DNA of 54,170 bases, taken from IMG/VR virus record IMGVR_UViG_3300030109_000164, positions 1-54,170 of that record; one strand, written 5' to 3'. The stretch comes from a virus. Lineage: Duplodnaviria; Caudoviricetes. This document shows, one piece after another, positions 28,720-38,582 of the stretch. How positions within the stretch are numbered: position 1 is the first letter of the stretch; each line of letters starts with the position of its first letter. Under the pieces are notes generated by a model. It was not told where the DNA came from. It made no database searches and worked only from the letters and a program-made list of their open reading frames with translations. Position numbers and translations under genes: made by a program.

Positions 28720-31118
28720 GCTGTCCTCAATCCATATGGAGTTTCACCTATATGTATTGCTCGTATTCTTGCCGAACCCGAAACTCCTATTTCAAATGTA
28801 TCACTTCTATATCCGCTTGGCAATCTAAATACATCGCTAGAACTTACTGTCCCTTGAAATATTAACTGTTTATCAACAAACAATTTAAAAGTAACTGGTA
28901 ATACTCCTGAAATTTCTAATTGAAACTGCGTTTGTGCATCTGCATTTATTGCATATGAATTTAATGTACCTGAATTTTCTACTCTACTTCCAGAATCTGT
29001 ATAGTCAGTTGGCCCGTTAACTGTACCAAGTTGTTGGCTTTTAGTCCATATTACAGCATTACTAGTAGGTACACTATTATTGTAAGCTATAATATTTTCT
29101 GTTTCTGTAGCTGATGTATCAAAATCTGCAATGACTCTAGCAGCTCCAAGATTCATAAAATCTTTGGTAATAATAGCTTTTGACTTCCATTCTAATGGAG
29201 AAAGAATTTGGTCTTTATTATCCCATTCATATAAATTACCTAAGTTATCTCCTATATAATACATTACACCAGTTTGATAATCAGTACATGCTGCAGTAAA
29301 AGTATAGTTTATACTTACAAGAAGTCCTCCTACAGTATCATCTCTTTCAAATATAAGCGAAGAAGCTGAATGAGAACCAAAGTATTTACCATTGTAGTAA
29401 TGTCCAATAAGAGTAGCAGGGTCAAGAGCTGCATTCCAAGTATCCCAATCGTGCACTAACTTAGTTACGATGTCTGTACCTTGTGAAGGAGCATGACTAG
29501 CAAGCCCTCCGTGAGTAGCCCATAAAACAGCATACCCCATATTAACTACAGATTTTTTAGAAAGACATGGATATAAACTATCAACACGAGCAGACGACAT
29601 AGTAGCAGGGTCATTACCTGATACCTGATATGGATATTCTTTTGTAAGCACTAATATAAATCCTTGTATAGGTTCTATTGCTACAATGTCTGAATCAAAA
29701 GTCATTCTAAATCGTTCAGGCCATGCATGTGGTTTATCAGGAAATGAAAAACATAATTGATTATCAAAAAATCCAACAAGTATATTATTGTGAGCTGCAC
29801 GAATACCTTTCATACCTGTAGGTGGAGGATCGTTATCTTCAGAATCTAATAATCTAGATAGACCTGACACTAAATAATTATCTGTAAAGTTAAAACTACT
29901 ATCACCCCAATATATTGCTGTTTGACTTAATGACTCAGCTACATCGTGAAACACAGTACCGTTAGTATCAGCAGTTTCAGAAATAGCATTACCACTATCG
30001 CTAAATGTAAACGAATACTTATCAACAATAGAAGCTACAGTAAATGTACCATTCATACTGCCACTATCTGTAGTCATACCAGATAATTTAAATCTATCAT
30101 CTACAATAAAATTATGAGGGTGTGCTAAAGTTAAAGTAACTACACTACCAACTCGTTTTACTTTAGTAGTAGTTGTTGGAAACCATAATGTTCTTAATAA
30201 AAAATACTCTGTAGCTGCTGCAGAAACAACAGTTCTATATAACCTTACACCTCGTACAAAGTTTAAAGTTGGTGAACTAGGTTTTTGTTGTGGTATATTA
30301 CTAACTGTTACAGTTTGTCCTTCTTTAATATACACTTCAGCAGATGGTAAAGATGGTATAGACTCTTCATCCCAAGGTGTAATCCATGTATAGACATATG
30401 TTCTAATCTGTGTGTTACCTGCCATATCAGCACGACCAGTAGTATTTGCTGTTTTTGCAACTTGGTCTCCAGGACTAAAGTATGAAAAGTCAGTAGTGTT
30501 AAGAACAGTAATTTCTACATTAGTAGCATTAAAAGCTTTAGCTTCATCAGATGTACCAAAATCTCTAACAGTAACAATATTACCTGAGCGTAAGTTATGA
30601 GTTGTTCCTCCATAAAATGTTGCAGTATTACCACTATCTCTTTCATAGTGTGTAGCACTTACAACAGAAAATGATACTGCTGCAGTATTTAAAGTAGTTG
30701 TAGGTAAAGGTAATCCAAGGTCATAATATCCGTTTGTTACTGGGTATGGAGCACTTCCATTAGTAGCTAAATCATAGTTAGATACTTTGGGTGTGCCATC
30801 ACCTGTATAATAAAATCTTTGCTCAGTATCTTCTGTTGATGTAGTAGTTGTCCAAGGAGAAGAAGCAGTAGCAATATCTACATCATTGAGATAAGTAAGA
30901 AATACATTAGCATTATTAGTAGGATTAGTAAGTTTATATAATGTTTGAATTGTACCTGTCCTTCCAATGTTTTCAACTAGCTTTGGAGTTCTATAAGGTA
31001 TAAGGTCACCAGAATACAACTTAACATTATAAGCTGTTTGAGCTGCTCCATCAGGTAATAACTCATCAGATATTTTTGGAGCTTCACCTAAAAACTTTTG
31101 TAGTTTTACTGAACCCAT
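28716..31118 (-). CDS. Tail nozzle/stabilisation protein (tubular protein B or P22 gp10-like)
   Basis: 800 aa, beta-rich; FLGEAPK, RTYVYTW, LCFSFPDKPHAWP, PCLSKKSVV; podovirus gene order. Confidence 0.65.
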   Translation of the reverse strand: MGSVKLQKFLGEAPKISDELLPDGAAQTAYNVKLYSGDLIPYRTPKLVENIGRTGTIQTLYKLTNPTNNANVFLTYLNDVDIATASSPWTTTTSTEDTEQRFYYTGDGTPKVSNYDLATNGSAPYPVTNGYYDLGLPLPTTTLNTAAVSFSVVSATHYERDSGNTATFYGGTTHNLRSGNIVTVRDFGTSDEAKAFNATNVEITVLNTTDFSYFSPGDQVAKTANTTGRADMAGNTQIRTYVYTWITPWDEESIPSLPSAEVYIKEGQTVTVSNIPQQKPSSPTLNFVRGVRLYRTVVSAAATEYFLLRTLWFPTTTTKVKRVGSVVTLTLAHPHNFIVDDRFKLSGMTTDSGSMNGTFTVASIVDKYSFTFSDSGNAISETADTNGTVFHDVAESLSQTAIYWGDSSFNFTDNYLVSGLSRLLDSEDNDPPPTGMKGIRAAHNNILVGFFDNQLCFSFPDKPHAWPERFRMTFDSDIVAIEPIQGFILVLTKEYPYQVSGNDPATMSSARVDSLYPCLSKKSVVNMGYAVLWATHGGLASHAPSQGTDIVTKLVHDWDTWNAALDPATLIGHYYNGKYFGSHSASSLIFERDDTVGGLLVSINYTFTAACTDYQTGVMYYIGDNLGNLYEWDNKDQILSPLEWKSKAIITKDFMNLGAARVIADFDTSATETENIIAYNNSVPTSNAVIWTKSQQLGTVNGPTDYTDSGSRVENSGTLNSYAINADAQTQFQLEISGVLPVTFKLFVDKQLIFQGTVSSSDVFRLPSGYRSDTFEIGVSGSARIRAIHIGETPYGLRTA

Positions 31119-31633
31119 TAATCATCTACCATTTCTAAAGCAACTTCTGTTACATCATTATTTCTATTAGTCCAACCATTTCCAAATGTATCAAAAGTAT
31201 CTAGACTTTTATAAAAATCTTGTCTTACTTTTTTAAATTTTTCTACCATATATCTTTTGTTTTGTCCTTCTAGTAACGCCATTGTTTTAGGACCAATCAC
31301 ACCATCAGGTTCTGCTCCACAACATTTTTGTAAACCTTTAGAACTTCTGCTTACTCCACTATTTACTGCCCAATCAAAAACTATATAATCTAAACCAGAA
31401 GGTAAAAAATCACAGTTAGCTTTTATCCAATAGTTTTCTAAATATATTGGAGCAACATCTTCTGGTGTAAGCTTTTTCATATCTTCTTTAGTAACTTCAT
31501 AACCTAACCAATCCTCATAGACTTTTTTAGTAACTCCAAGATTAGTTATACCTCCAGGATCACTAGGGTGATTTACATATCCTCCTTCATGTTTTAATAA
31601 AAGTTCTAATGCTTTATCAAAATTTTCTCTCAT
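31118..31633 (-). CDS. Endolysin, glycoside hydrolase family 108
   Basis: HEGGYVNHPSDPGGITNLGVT, FDWAVNSG, DGVIGPKT, FGNGWTNR. Confidence 0.9.
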   Translation of the reverse strand: MRENFDKALELLLKHEGGYVNHPSDPGGITNLGVTKKVYEDWLGYEVTKEDMKKLTPEDVAPIYLENYWIKANCDFLPSGLDYIVFDWAVNSGVSRSSKGLQKCCGAEPDGVIGPKTMALLEGQNKRYMVEKFKKVRQDFYKSLDTFDTFGNGWTNRNNDVTEVALEMVDD

Positions 31634-32010
31634 TTTTTACTATCCGTTTTTTTATACTTATCAAAACTTCTCAATCCTGAAATTCCTAGCATACCGAATA
31701 AAAGCGGCATCATGACCGTCATGTCAGCTTGTGGGATTACTACTCCAAATCCTGCCATAATCGGTGAGACCATATAGTTAATAGCAAGAGATAGCCCGCA
31801 AATCCAGCCAATGAGGGGCCTCCACGATGATTGAAACCAGTTGCCTTTAGCTTCTGCTTTATTTACTTCTATTTGTTGAAGAGCAAGTTGCTGGGCATGT
31901 TTCTCTGCCATAGTAGCTATGTCATGGCTCAGCTTCTGTTGTAAGTCTTTGTCTTTAACAAACTTTCCAATCAACTTAGTTGCTGGTCCTATTAAACTTA
32001 GTAATGCCAT
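31630..32010 (-). CDS. Holin (GTA 3TM holin-like)
   Basis: QIEVNKAEA...WRPLIGW...GMLGISGLRSFDK; adjacent to the endolysin. Confidence 0.8.
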   Translation of the reverse strand: MALLSLIGPATKLIGKFVKDKDLQQKLSHDIATMAEKHAQQLALQQIEVNKAEAKGNWFQSSWRPLIGWICGLSLAINYMVSPIMAGFGVVIPQADMTVMMPLLFGMLGISGLRSFDKYKKTDSKK

Positions 32011-32201
32011 ATGTCTATCCTTATATCTTCTGACTTAATCAGAATAGGTTTACAAAAACTTTTTACATTTTTAACTGTATTATACTGCACTTGATATGCA
32101 GCGCTTTCACAATCAGTTTTTTTCATAAATAAAGTAGGGCTGAATCTATCTTGTACAGGTTCATTGTTTAATAAAATAATTAACATATATACTTTTATCA
32201 T
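31998..32201 (-). CDS. Hypothetical small protein
   Basis: 67 aa with a hydrophobic N-terminus and two Cys; coupled overlaps with neighbours. Confidence 0.5.
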   Translation of the reverse strand: MIKVYMLIILLNNEPVQDRFSPTLFMKKTDCESAAYQVQYNTVKNVKSFCKPILIKSEDIRIDIWHY

Positions 32202-32503
32202 TTTTTTCTGTTGTTCATAATAGCTGCACTTCCCATATATGCTCCGACTATACCTGCACCACTAATATACATAAGATTACTAATGTCAGCTAGTGCATTA
32301 ACTCTTTCAATATCTACTATAAACATAGATATTGTAAATACACCCATACCAACAAGTGAAGCTGTAGCCATTCTACGTTGTGCTCTTTGTTTTCTTAAAT
32401 CATGTTGTAGTTCAGCTGCTTGCATTTCTTCATCACTTACAACACCATCTTTATTTATATCTAGTTCATTATACATTGATTTTTTCTGTAGTTTTTTTTG
32501 CAT
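32198..32503 (-). CDS. EF-hand-like motif + 2 TM membrane protein (lysis region)
   Basis: DINKDGVVSDEE loop followed by two hydrophobic segments. Confidence 0.65.
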   Translation of the reverse strand: MQKKLQKKSMYNELDINKDGVVSDEEMQAAELQHDLRKQRAQRRMATASLVGMGVFTISMFIVDIERVNALADISNLMYISGAGIVGAYMGSAAIMNNRKK

Positions 32504-32964
32504 TAAGCTAAACTCATTAAATAATTAATATAATAATACCCAGCAAATCCTACAACTATTGCTAAACAGATACAAATAGTTATTTGTTGTTGTAATTTTT
32601 TTCTTTTTATTTCTTCTTCAACTGCATCCATTTGCATTTTTCTTTGTCTAGCTATTTCTGCTTGAAGTCTTTCCCATTGTCCTGCAGTACCATATAACAT
32701 AAACAATTCTCTTAATTCTTTTCTAGCTTGAGCAACTTCTTCTTTTTTAAAAAATTCGTCTATTGCGTTTGCTTCTACTCCGCCAAACTTAGAAAAAAAA
32801 GAATTTTTTTTTGCTTTTGCACCTGCTTGTAATTGAGCTTCTGCTTTTGCATATTTAGATATAGGACCACTTAATGACGCTATATCTTTGCCACTTTTTA
32901 TAGCAGATGATATTGCTCCACTAGCGGCAGATATTGCTGCAAATGCTGATAATGGGTCAATCAT
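32503..32964 (-). CDS. Coiled-coil protein with a C-terminal TM segment (lysis region)
   Basis: 153 aa; MIDPLSAFAA start; C-terminal hydrophobic helix. Confidence 0.65.
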   Translation of the reverse strand: MIDPLSAFAAISAASGAISSAIKSGKDIASLSGPISKYAKAEAQLQAGAKAKKNSFFSKFGGVEANAIDEFFKKEEVAQARKELRELFMLYGTAGQWERLQAEIARQRKMQMDAVEEEIKRKKLQQQITICICLAIVVGFAGYYYINYLMSLA

Positions 32965-32968
32965 TTAC

Positions 32969-33172
32969 TTATCCTGTTTTATTTTTCTTTGATTTAACAA
33001 TCTCAGCTTGTAAATTCTTTGGTAATGTCTGTTGCGCTGCAGTAAGTTTTGGTACTGTCCCACCATCTTTATACATAACTACATTTTTCTTTTTCTTTAT
33101 TTCACCACCATAGCCATACATCTGTGTACCCATCTTCATTTTCTTTTTGTCTTTCATTTTATAACCCGGCAT
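32969..33172 (-). CDS. Small basic protein with xxGGx[IV] motifs
   Basis: SD AAGGAG; MPGYKMKDKKKMKMG...YGYGGEI...YKDGGTV. Confidence 0.65.
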   Translation of the reverse strand: MPGYKMKDKKKMKMGTQMYGYGGEIKKKKNVVMYKDGGTVPKLTAAQQTLPKNLQAEIVKSKKNKTG

Positions 33173-33183
33173 GTAATTCTCCT

Positions 33184-33366
33184 TTAGTTTAATAAGGTTA
33201 ATATTATTGATACTAATCCTGCAATAACAGCTGCAGCTGAACCAATCATAATTCGTTCAAGTCTAGAAATCCGAGATAAAATCATTTTATAACGTTCTGC
33301 ACATATTGCTTCGTGTTGTAAAAGTTCATTATTTATCTCAGCTGTAGTCATACGTTTTCTACTCAT
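33184..33366 (-). CDS. XhlA-hemolysin-like small membrane protein
   Basis: HEAICAERY...RLERIMIG plus C-terminal TM; start set at ATG 33366. Confidence 0.6.
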   Translation of the reverse strand: MSRKRMTTAEINNELLQHEAICAERYKMILSRISRLERIMIGSAAAVIAGLVSIILTLLN

Positions 33367-33526
33367 CTTCACCTTTCACCGCAGTTGTTTGGTTTACGAC
33401 TGCCTGCGGTTTTTCATAAAGAGGTGGCTCATCAACAACCACTCCTTCGCTTACAAATTCATCACCTCGTAAAAATCTACCATCAGGCATCATAACAAGA
33501 GGTGTTCTTTTTATTTCTTTCTGCAT
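33359..33526 (-). CDS. Hypothetical protein (55 aa; not in the ORF track)
   Basis: SD AAGGAG, then MQKEIKRTPLVMMPDGRFLRGDEFVSEGVVVDEPPLYEKPQAVVNQTTAVKGEDE; fills the gap between its neighbours. Confidence 0.65.
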   Translation of the reverse strand: MQKEIKRTPLVMMPDGRFLRGDEFVSEGVVVDEPPLYEKPQAVVNQTTAVKGEDE

Positions 33527-33535
33527 AATTACTCC

Positions 33536-34144
33536 TTATGAAACTGTTGCACCACTGTTTGCAACTACAACCCATCCAATTGTATTAGCATATAATAACA
33601 TTACAGTGTCGTTAACATCAGCAAACGCAACCGTTGTACCATTTGCAAAAGTTGCTGGTGTTAATGTTGCAGTCCCACCACCATCTACTACCATTGAAAT
33701 AATTTTAATTTGACCAGCTGTTCCATTTGCAAGTGATATTGCAATAGCAGAACCACCAGTAGTAACTTCAGTTACAAGATGTGTTAGACTAATTGCACCA
33801 GCGCTACTAACTGCATTTACTTCACCTATGATACCTACTCCATTTGTTATTGATTCAAACAAAGCAGCAACAGGTCTAAGCTCAAACCTATCACCAATAG
33901 AAAAAGACCTAGCTGTAGTATTATCGTGTGCTCGTACTACTGTCATAGAATCACTAGAACGAGCTGTAACTTTTACAATTTCAAGATTATTTGATGTATC
34001 AATAAGAGTAGCAAAAAAGAAATCAGTACCTGTAATAGAAGGAAATTTAGCCCCTTGTCCAGAGTCAAGAGCAATAGTAGTAACGGAACTATTAATACTA
34101 GCTGAAAGAGTTCCAAATGCGTTATTAGTTACTTTAGCTACCAT
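33536..34144 (-). CDS. Tail fibre/spike protein (anchor module paralogous to 37445..38113)
   Basis: FATLIDTSNNLEIVKVTAR...GDRFELR N-terminal module with a beta-rich C-terminus. Confidence 0.7.
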   Translation of the reverse strand: MVAKVTNNAFGTLSASINSSVTTIALDSGQGAKFPSITGTDFFFATLIDTSNNLEIVKVTARSSDSMTVVRAHDNTTARSFSIGDRFELRPVAALFESITNGVGIIGEVNAVSSAGAISLTHLVTEVTTGGSAIAISLANGTAGQIKIISMVVDGGGTATLTPATFANGTTVAFADVNDTVMLLYANTIGWVVVANSGATVS

Positions 34145-34158
34145 ACTATACTCCTTTT

Positions 34159-34785
34159 TTATCGTATATACGTTTTAACATTTGTATCATCTGTCCACCT
34201 ATTAACTCTTGCTACTGTTTTCATAGTGCCATCTGAATTTAACTCATTAGTATGCAATGCTTTAAAAGCATCCATATCACTAGCATTAGTAATTGCTGTT
34301 TCTATATCACCACAATCTTTTCTTATTGCAGTAACATAAGTTTTTACTGCATCAGGTATGGCTTTGCTACTGTCATATATACTTCGTTCTACTAGCCAGC
34401 TAAATCTAGCTATGTAATTGTTGGCTCTTGTCTTTGCTGTTTCTAATGCATAAGTTTTTAAACCTTTTGTTACTAACTGTTCACCTTCAAACATAATAGC
34501 TTTTCCATCACTGTCTACCTCTTTTACATCATCAAGTTTTTTATCTACTTTAGTATAACTTGTAGTCACTTTATCTGTATCAAATTTGTAAATTGGTTGA
34601 GAAGTTATTTCGTATTTATCATCTCCTGTTACTCCAGGTATTACTTCATATATTCCAATTTTGTTTAATTCAGACCAAGACCAAGATGTAAATATAGTTC
34701 TTGGGTGTCGAACATTATTTATAGTAATTGAAGTTGGATATTTTATTATTTGTGTTACCTTTTTATCTTCTACTATTGCATACAT
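34159..34785 (-). CDS. Tail-fibre-associated protein (assembly chaperone-like)
   Basis: Follows the fibre genes; HPRTIF...WSWSEL..IGIY and W.VER...IP..V..Y..AIR motifs. Confidence 0.55.
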   Translation of the reverse strand: MYAIVEDKKVTQIIKYPTSITINNVRHPRTIFTSWSWSELNKIGIYEVIPGVTGDDKYEITSQPIYKFDTDKVTTSYTKVDKKLDDVKEVDSDGKAIMFEGEQLVTKGLKTYALETAKTRANNYIARFSWLVERSIYDSSKAIPDAVKTYVTAIRKDCGDIETAITNASDMDAFKALHTNELNSDGTMKTVARVNRWTDDTNVKTYIR

Positions 34786-34800
34786 TGTTTATCTCCTTAT

Positions 34801-36582
34801 TTAAAATGCGTTACCTGTCTTCAATGGATTATCTCCAAATGCTATATAAGTATAATCATTACCATCACCATTACACCCAGCATTAGTTCCTACTACTTGA
34901 AAACCATTACTATAATACTTTACTCCATCATGGCTGTCTGCACCAGTTTGTTCACCTGCATCTGAATTCCAATAAATCTCTCTGTAAGTAGCATCATTAA
35001 AAGGTCTTGAAGTAGAGTTAGACTGTAACCAAGAACCGTTACCATCAGTTCGTTTCAGCATGACGCATTTGGGTCTGAAGTTGGTAACAATCATTGGACC
35101 TTTTGCCGCACCTGTACCCATGTAATATCCGAACTGACTGTATCCAGGTATTGATGTCCACGCATACAAAAGATAGTTAGTACTAGCTCCACCATTTGTA
35201 TTACCAGAAGTACCTAAAGTAATTAATGTAGAAGATGGATGAGTGTCATTCCATATAGGAGCATAATCACCAAAACCTCCATTACTACTCATATGTATAT
35301 AACCATCTGCTCCTGAACCTCCACCTTGGTCAGCCCTTTTTGTGTAAGTTACATCAGCAGTAGTAGAATTTCTTGGTTCGCATATCATCCATTCAGGAGC
35401 CTTACCTAAACCATGTCCTATAGTTGCACCATTACTTCCGTTTCCTGTATAGGTTATAATCGAAAAACCAGCAGAAACATTGGTTTGTCTGGTACAAGTA
35501 ATACTTCCTGAACTATCCGATACTGTTGTACCTCCATTACACTTCCATCCAAAAGCAGAATATGTAGCACTACTATTATTAACATTAGCTGTATAAGAAC
35601 CTGAAGCACCTACACTAAATCCATCACTATCAAATGAGGTAACATCTGTACTTGTAACCTCTGCATTATCAACAGCTAAAAACATAACTTTGTTTGCACC
35701 TCTTGATGAATCTATTTTTACACCATTAGATGCACTATCTCTTCTTTTTATAAATAATAAATCAGGTTGAAAGCCCATGCCTGATATGCTTTGCGTACCT
35801 CCATTACCAGTGTAGTTTACAACATTATGCTGTGCCGCTGTAGCACCATCATCTCCTGAAGGGTCTACACCAGCTTCAGTAACAAGGTTCCCGGAGCATA
35901 GGGCAAGAAAATTAGTGGGAGGTTGATATTGAAATTCACCGAATCCAGCAGAGTCGCTGTGGCTTGTAGCGGTTTTCTGCCCATTAAAAGTACTGTCCTG
36001 ACCCCAGTTCTGCTCAAAGTTTTCACTATTACTATCATTATAACTACAAGTAATTGGTACCCACCTTCTATAACTATCAGCTAATTGACCACCAGAATAA
36101 CTAGGATTTGTTCCAGCTGAAGGATTACCACTATTATCCCATGTATTATTTTTTCCAAACCATAATTTATTATTATCAAAGTCTACTGCTATTTGCCATA
36201 CATCACCAGCTGCTCCTATACCAAAAGTCATATTAGTTTCTGTACCAGCATTATATCTACTAGCATATGAACCACTATTAGAATAAGCTGTGTAAGCTGG
36301 ACCTTTAGCACTTGTTCCTTGTGGATAATCAAGCATCTGTTTATCTGCATACAAGCCAGGTTCCATATCATAAATACCTATAGGAAAACCATTACCAGAT
36401 AAATTTTCTTTTTGATATGCTTCCCAATACCATTTACCTGATGATGGTATCATCATTGTACCTATAGGCGATCTCCATGCACCATTAGTATGCGTATACA
36501 AAGTATTACCAGCACTAAAAGTACCATTGCTATCATTCATAGCATTAGGATTTAAAGTACAAAAATTTGAATTAGCACCCAT
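34801..36582 (-). CDS. SPRY/concanavalin-like tail fibre/receptor-binding protein
   Basis: SGKWYWE, AVDFDNNKLWFGKN, YTGNG, GFQPDLLFIKRR, GHGLGKAP repeat motifs. Confidence 0.75.
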   Translation of the reverse strand: MGANSNFCTLNPNAMNDSNGTFSAGNTLYTHTNGAWRSPIGTMMIPSSGKWYWEAYQKENLSGNGFPIGIYDMEPGLYADKQMLDYPQGTSAKGPAYTAYSNSGSYASRYNAGTETNMTFGIGAAGDVWQIAVDFDNNKLWFGKNNTWDNSGNPSAGTNPSYSGGQLADSYRRWVPITCSYNDSNSENFEQNWGQDSTFNGQKTATSHSDSAGFGEFQYQPPTNFLALCSGNLVTEAGVDPSGDDGATAAQHNVVNYTGNGGTQSISGMGFQPDLLFIKRRDSASNGVKIDSSRGANKVMFLAVDNAEVTSTDVTSFDSDGFSVGASGSYTANVNNSSATYSAFGWKCNGGTTVSDSSGSITCTRQTNVSAGFSIITYTGNGSNGATIGHGLGKAPEWMICEPRNSTTADVTYTKRADQGGGSGADGYIHMSSNGGFGDYAPIWNDTHPSSTLITLGTSGNTNGGASTNYLLYAWTSIPGYSQFGYYMGTGAAKGPMIVTNFRPKCVMLKRTDGNGSWLQSNSTSRPFNDATYREIYWNSDAGEQTGADSHDGVKYYSNGFQVVGTNAGCNGDGNDYTYIAFGDNPLKTGNAF

Positions 36583-36583
36583 A

Positions 36584-37435
36584 TTAATCTCCTACCTGAT
36601 TTGTTGGTGAGTCTACGACTTGATGGTCTGCAGGCATGTTATTTGCTGTAAAATTATTACCATTACCACTAGAATCCGTACCTAGTGAACTAGCATTTGA
36701 GAATGCAAGTCTGTACCCATTATTTCCAAAACTTCCAGTATACTCTTTTGGAACCCACACACCGTTTTTTAACTCACCTACATCTGTATAAGAACCTCCA
36801 CCATCAACTACTATAACTTCTGCTATAAGACCATCATAATAAGAACCACTATTAGAAGGACTTCTACCAAAATTAATAGTTGCTCCATCTCTTGTAGGTC
36901 CAAAATCTAAACCTGAAGTTATACTTGTAGTTCCATTCTGTCGCCAAAAATCTGTTTCACCAGTACCTGTTCCACTACCTGAAGTAAATGGTGGATATAT
37001 CGATCCATTTATATAAAATTTAAATCTATCACCAGCAGTAGAATCATCAGAGTTAAATTCTATTATAAAATTTGTCCAAGAACTAGTATCACCAAATCTA
37101 GATTTTGTAGTATGTGAAGCACCTGCTCCATTAGTTGTTATTGTTACTGCATCACTAAATCCTGCAGGATTACCTGTATTATATTCAATTCTTAAAGTAG
37201 TAGAACCATTATCTCCTACTATACATTCATTTGTAGTAGAACCAACATTACCACCTCTTTTAAACCAAAATGATAAAAGACCTACATCTTCATTAGTAGC
37301 TGTTCCACTATTAGTACGAGATAAATAACTACTACTCGCATCATCAAACCTTGCACTAAAAGGAATTTGGTGTGAGTAAAAAGCACCACTACCTGCCGGG
37401 GGGGATTGCCATAATTCATTATTATATAGTGCCAT
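36584..37435 (-). CDS. LamG/concanavalin A-like tail protein
   Basis: SARFD...YLSRT, SFWFKR, KFYING, YDGLIAE, WVPKEY, LGTDSSGNGNNFT. Confidence 0.75.
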   Translation of the reverse strand: MALYNNELWQSPPAGSGAFYSHQIPFSARFDDASSSYLSRTNSGTATNEDVGLLSFWFKRGGNVGSTTNECIVGDNGSTTLRIEYNTGNPAGFSDAVTITTNGAGASHTTKSRFGDTSSWTNFIIEFNSDDSTAGDRFKFYINGSIYPPFTSGSGTGTGETDFWRQNGTTSITSGLDFGPTRDGATINFGRSPSNSGSYYDGLIAEVIVVDGGGSYTDVGELKNGVWVPKEYTGSFGNNGYRLAFSNASSLGTDSSGNGNNFTANNMPADHQVVDSPTNQVGD

Positions 37436-37444
37436 ACTTTTACC

Positions 37445-38113
37445 CTATGCAAACGCTAACTGCGGTGCTCCTAATTGAATTGACCCGGAGGCCTTAACAA
37501 AATATGGTATAACATCGACTGCATTAGCAGCTGTTGATATAGTTAAACCAGCAGCAGCAGCTGTTTCATAATCTGTTCCTAAACTTAATGTACGACTTCC
37601 AGTACCATCTTGAATTAATATAATAACTCCAGATTGACCTGCTACCTCTGTTGAAGGATTAGCTAGTGTTACGTTGCCTGTTGCAGTTACTATAAAATTT
37701 TGATATGTAAAATCTAAAGTTGTAGAACCAGTAATATTTCCTGTAAATGTTCTACCTTGTTGAGCTGCAACCCAAGTATTTGCTACATTTTTAAATGCTA
37801 TATCAGAAGGTGTAATTAACTCACCAAGTCCTGCTGCTGTTATACGAAGTTCAATTCTATCTCCAGATGAAAACGATGCAGCTGATGTACTTTCCTGTGC
37901 TCTAGTAACTGTAAGAACATCTGTACTTCTTGCAGTTACTTTTACAATTTCAAGATTATTAGAAGAGTCAATTAGAGTTGCGAAAAAAAATTCAGCACCC
38001 GCTAGAGATGGAAAACGGGCTCCGTGACCACTTGCAACAGTAATACTTGTAGCACTAGTATTTATACCAGAAGCTAAAGTAGAGTGGGCATTGTTTGCAA
38101 ATTTTATACTCAT
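37445..38113 (-). CDS. Tail fibre anchor protein
   Basis: N-terminal module shared with 33536..34144; GQSGVIILIQDGTGSRTL tip motif. Confidence 0.7.
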   Translation of the reverse strand: MSIKFANNAHSTLASGINTSATSITVASGHGARFPSLAGAEFFFATLIDSSNNLEIVKVTARSTDVLTVTRAQESTSAASFSSGDRIELRITAAGLGELITPSDIAFKNVANTWVAAQQGRTFTGNITGSTTLDFTYQNFIVTATGNVTLANPSTEVAGQSGVIILIQDGTGSRTLSLGTDYETAAAAGLTISTAANAVDVIPYFVKASGSIQLGAPQLAFA

Positions 38114-38123
38114 ATTTAACTCC

Positions 38124-38564
38124 TTAGTTTACCGTTACTGTCCAAGTTATACCTAATGTATCTGCAGATGCTTTATTGATAACCGAAAAAACTGTCCTAC
38201 ACAATAGTGTACCACTTGAACTTGCGTTTAATATACCAGCTTCTGTAAGTGCCCCTGTTCCTGTACCAGCAGGAAATGTTGCAACATAAGCTACATTGTT
38301 TGTAGAAACAGTAGTAGAAGTAAGTGCTACTCTACCTGTTTCAGTACCTAAAGCTGTGTTTCCTGCAGCTGCTGCTGTACTACCAGTTCCTACCGCCATA
38401 TGACTCATAGCTGTTGCAGATGCATCTTTCATCCTTGACGCTATGTAATTTTTACCTGTTGTAACAACAAGGTTAGGTATAATTATCTCGTGTTTTACAT
38501 TTCCGTCAGGTTTTGTAAGAGTAAGTTTTAACTCACCCGTAACCTTAATAGAATCATTTATCAT
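38124..38564 (-). CDS. Tail-associated structural protein
   Basis: NLVVTTG, MAVGTG, LTEAGILNA..GTLLCRTVF..INK motifs. Confidence 0.7.
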   Translation of the reverse strand: MINDSIKVTGELKLTLTKPDGNVKHEIIIPNLVVTTGKNYIASRMKDASATAMSHMAVGTGSTAAAAGNTALGTETGRVALTSTTVSTNNVAYVATFPAGTGTGALTEAGILNASSSGTLLCRTVFSVINKASADTLGITWTVTVN

Positions 38565-38582
38565 TTATCCATCTCCTTTATT

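Noticed and set aside
35880-36020. C/G-ending codon patch in the SPRY fibre gene (milder ones in the holin and near 45900)
   Set aside because: No started alternative ORF or convincing fold was found by eye; may reflect mosaicism.
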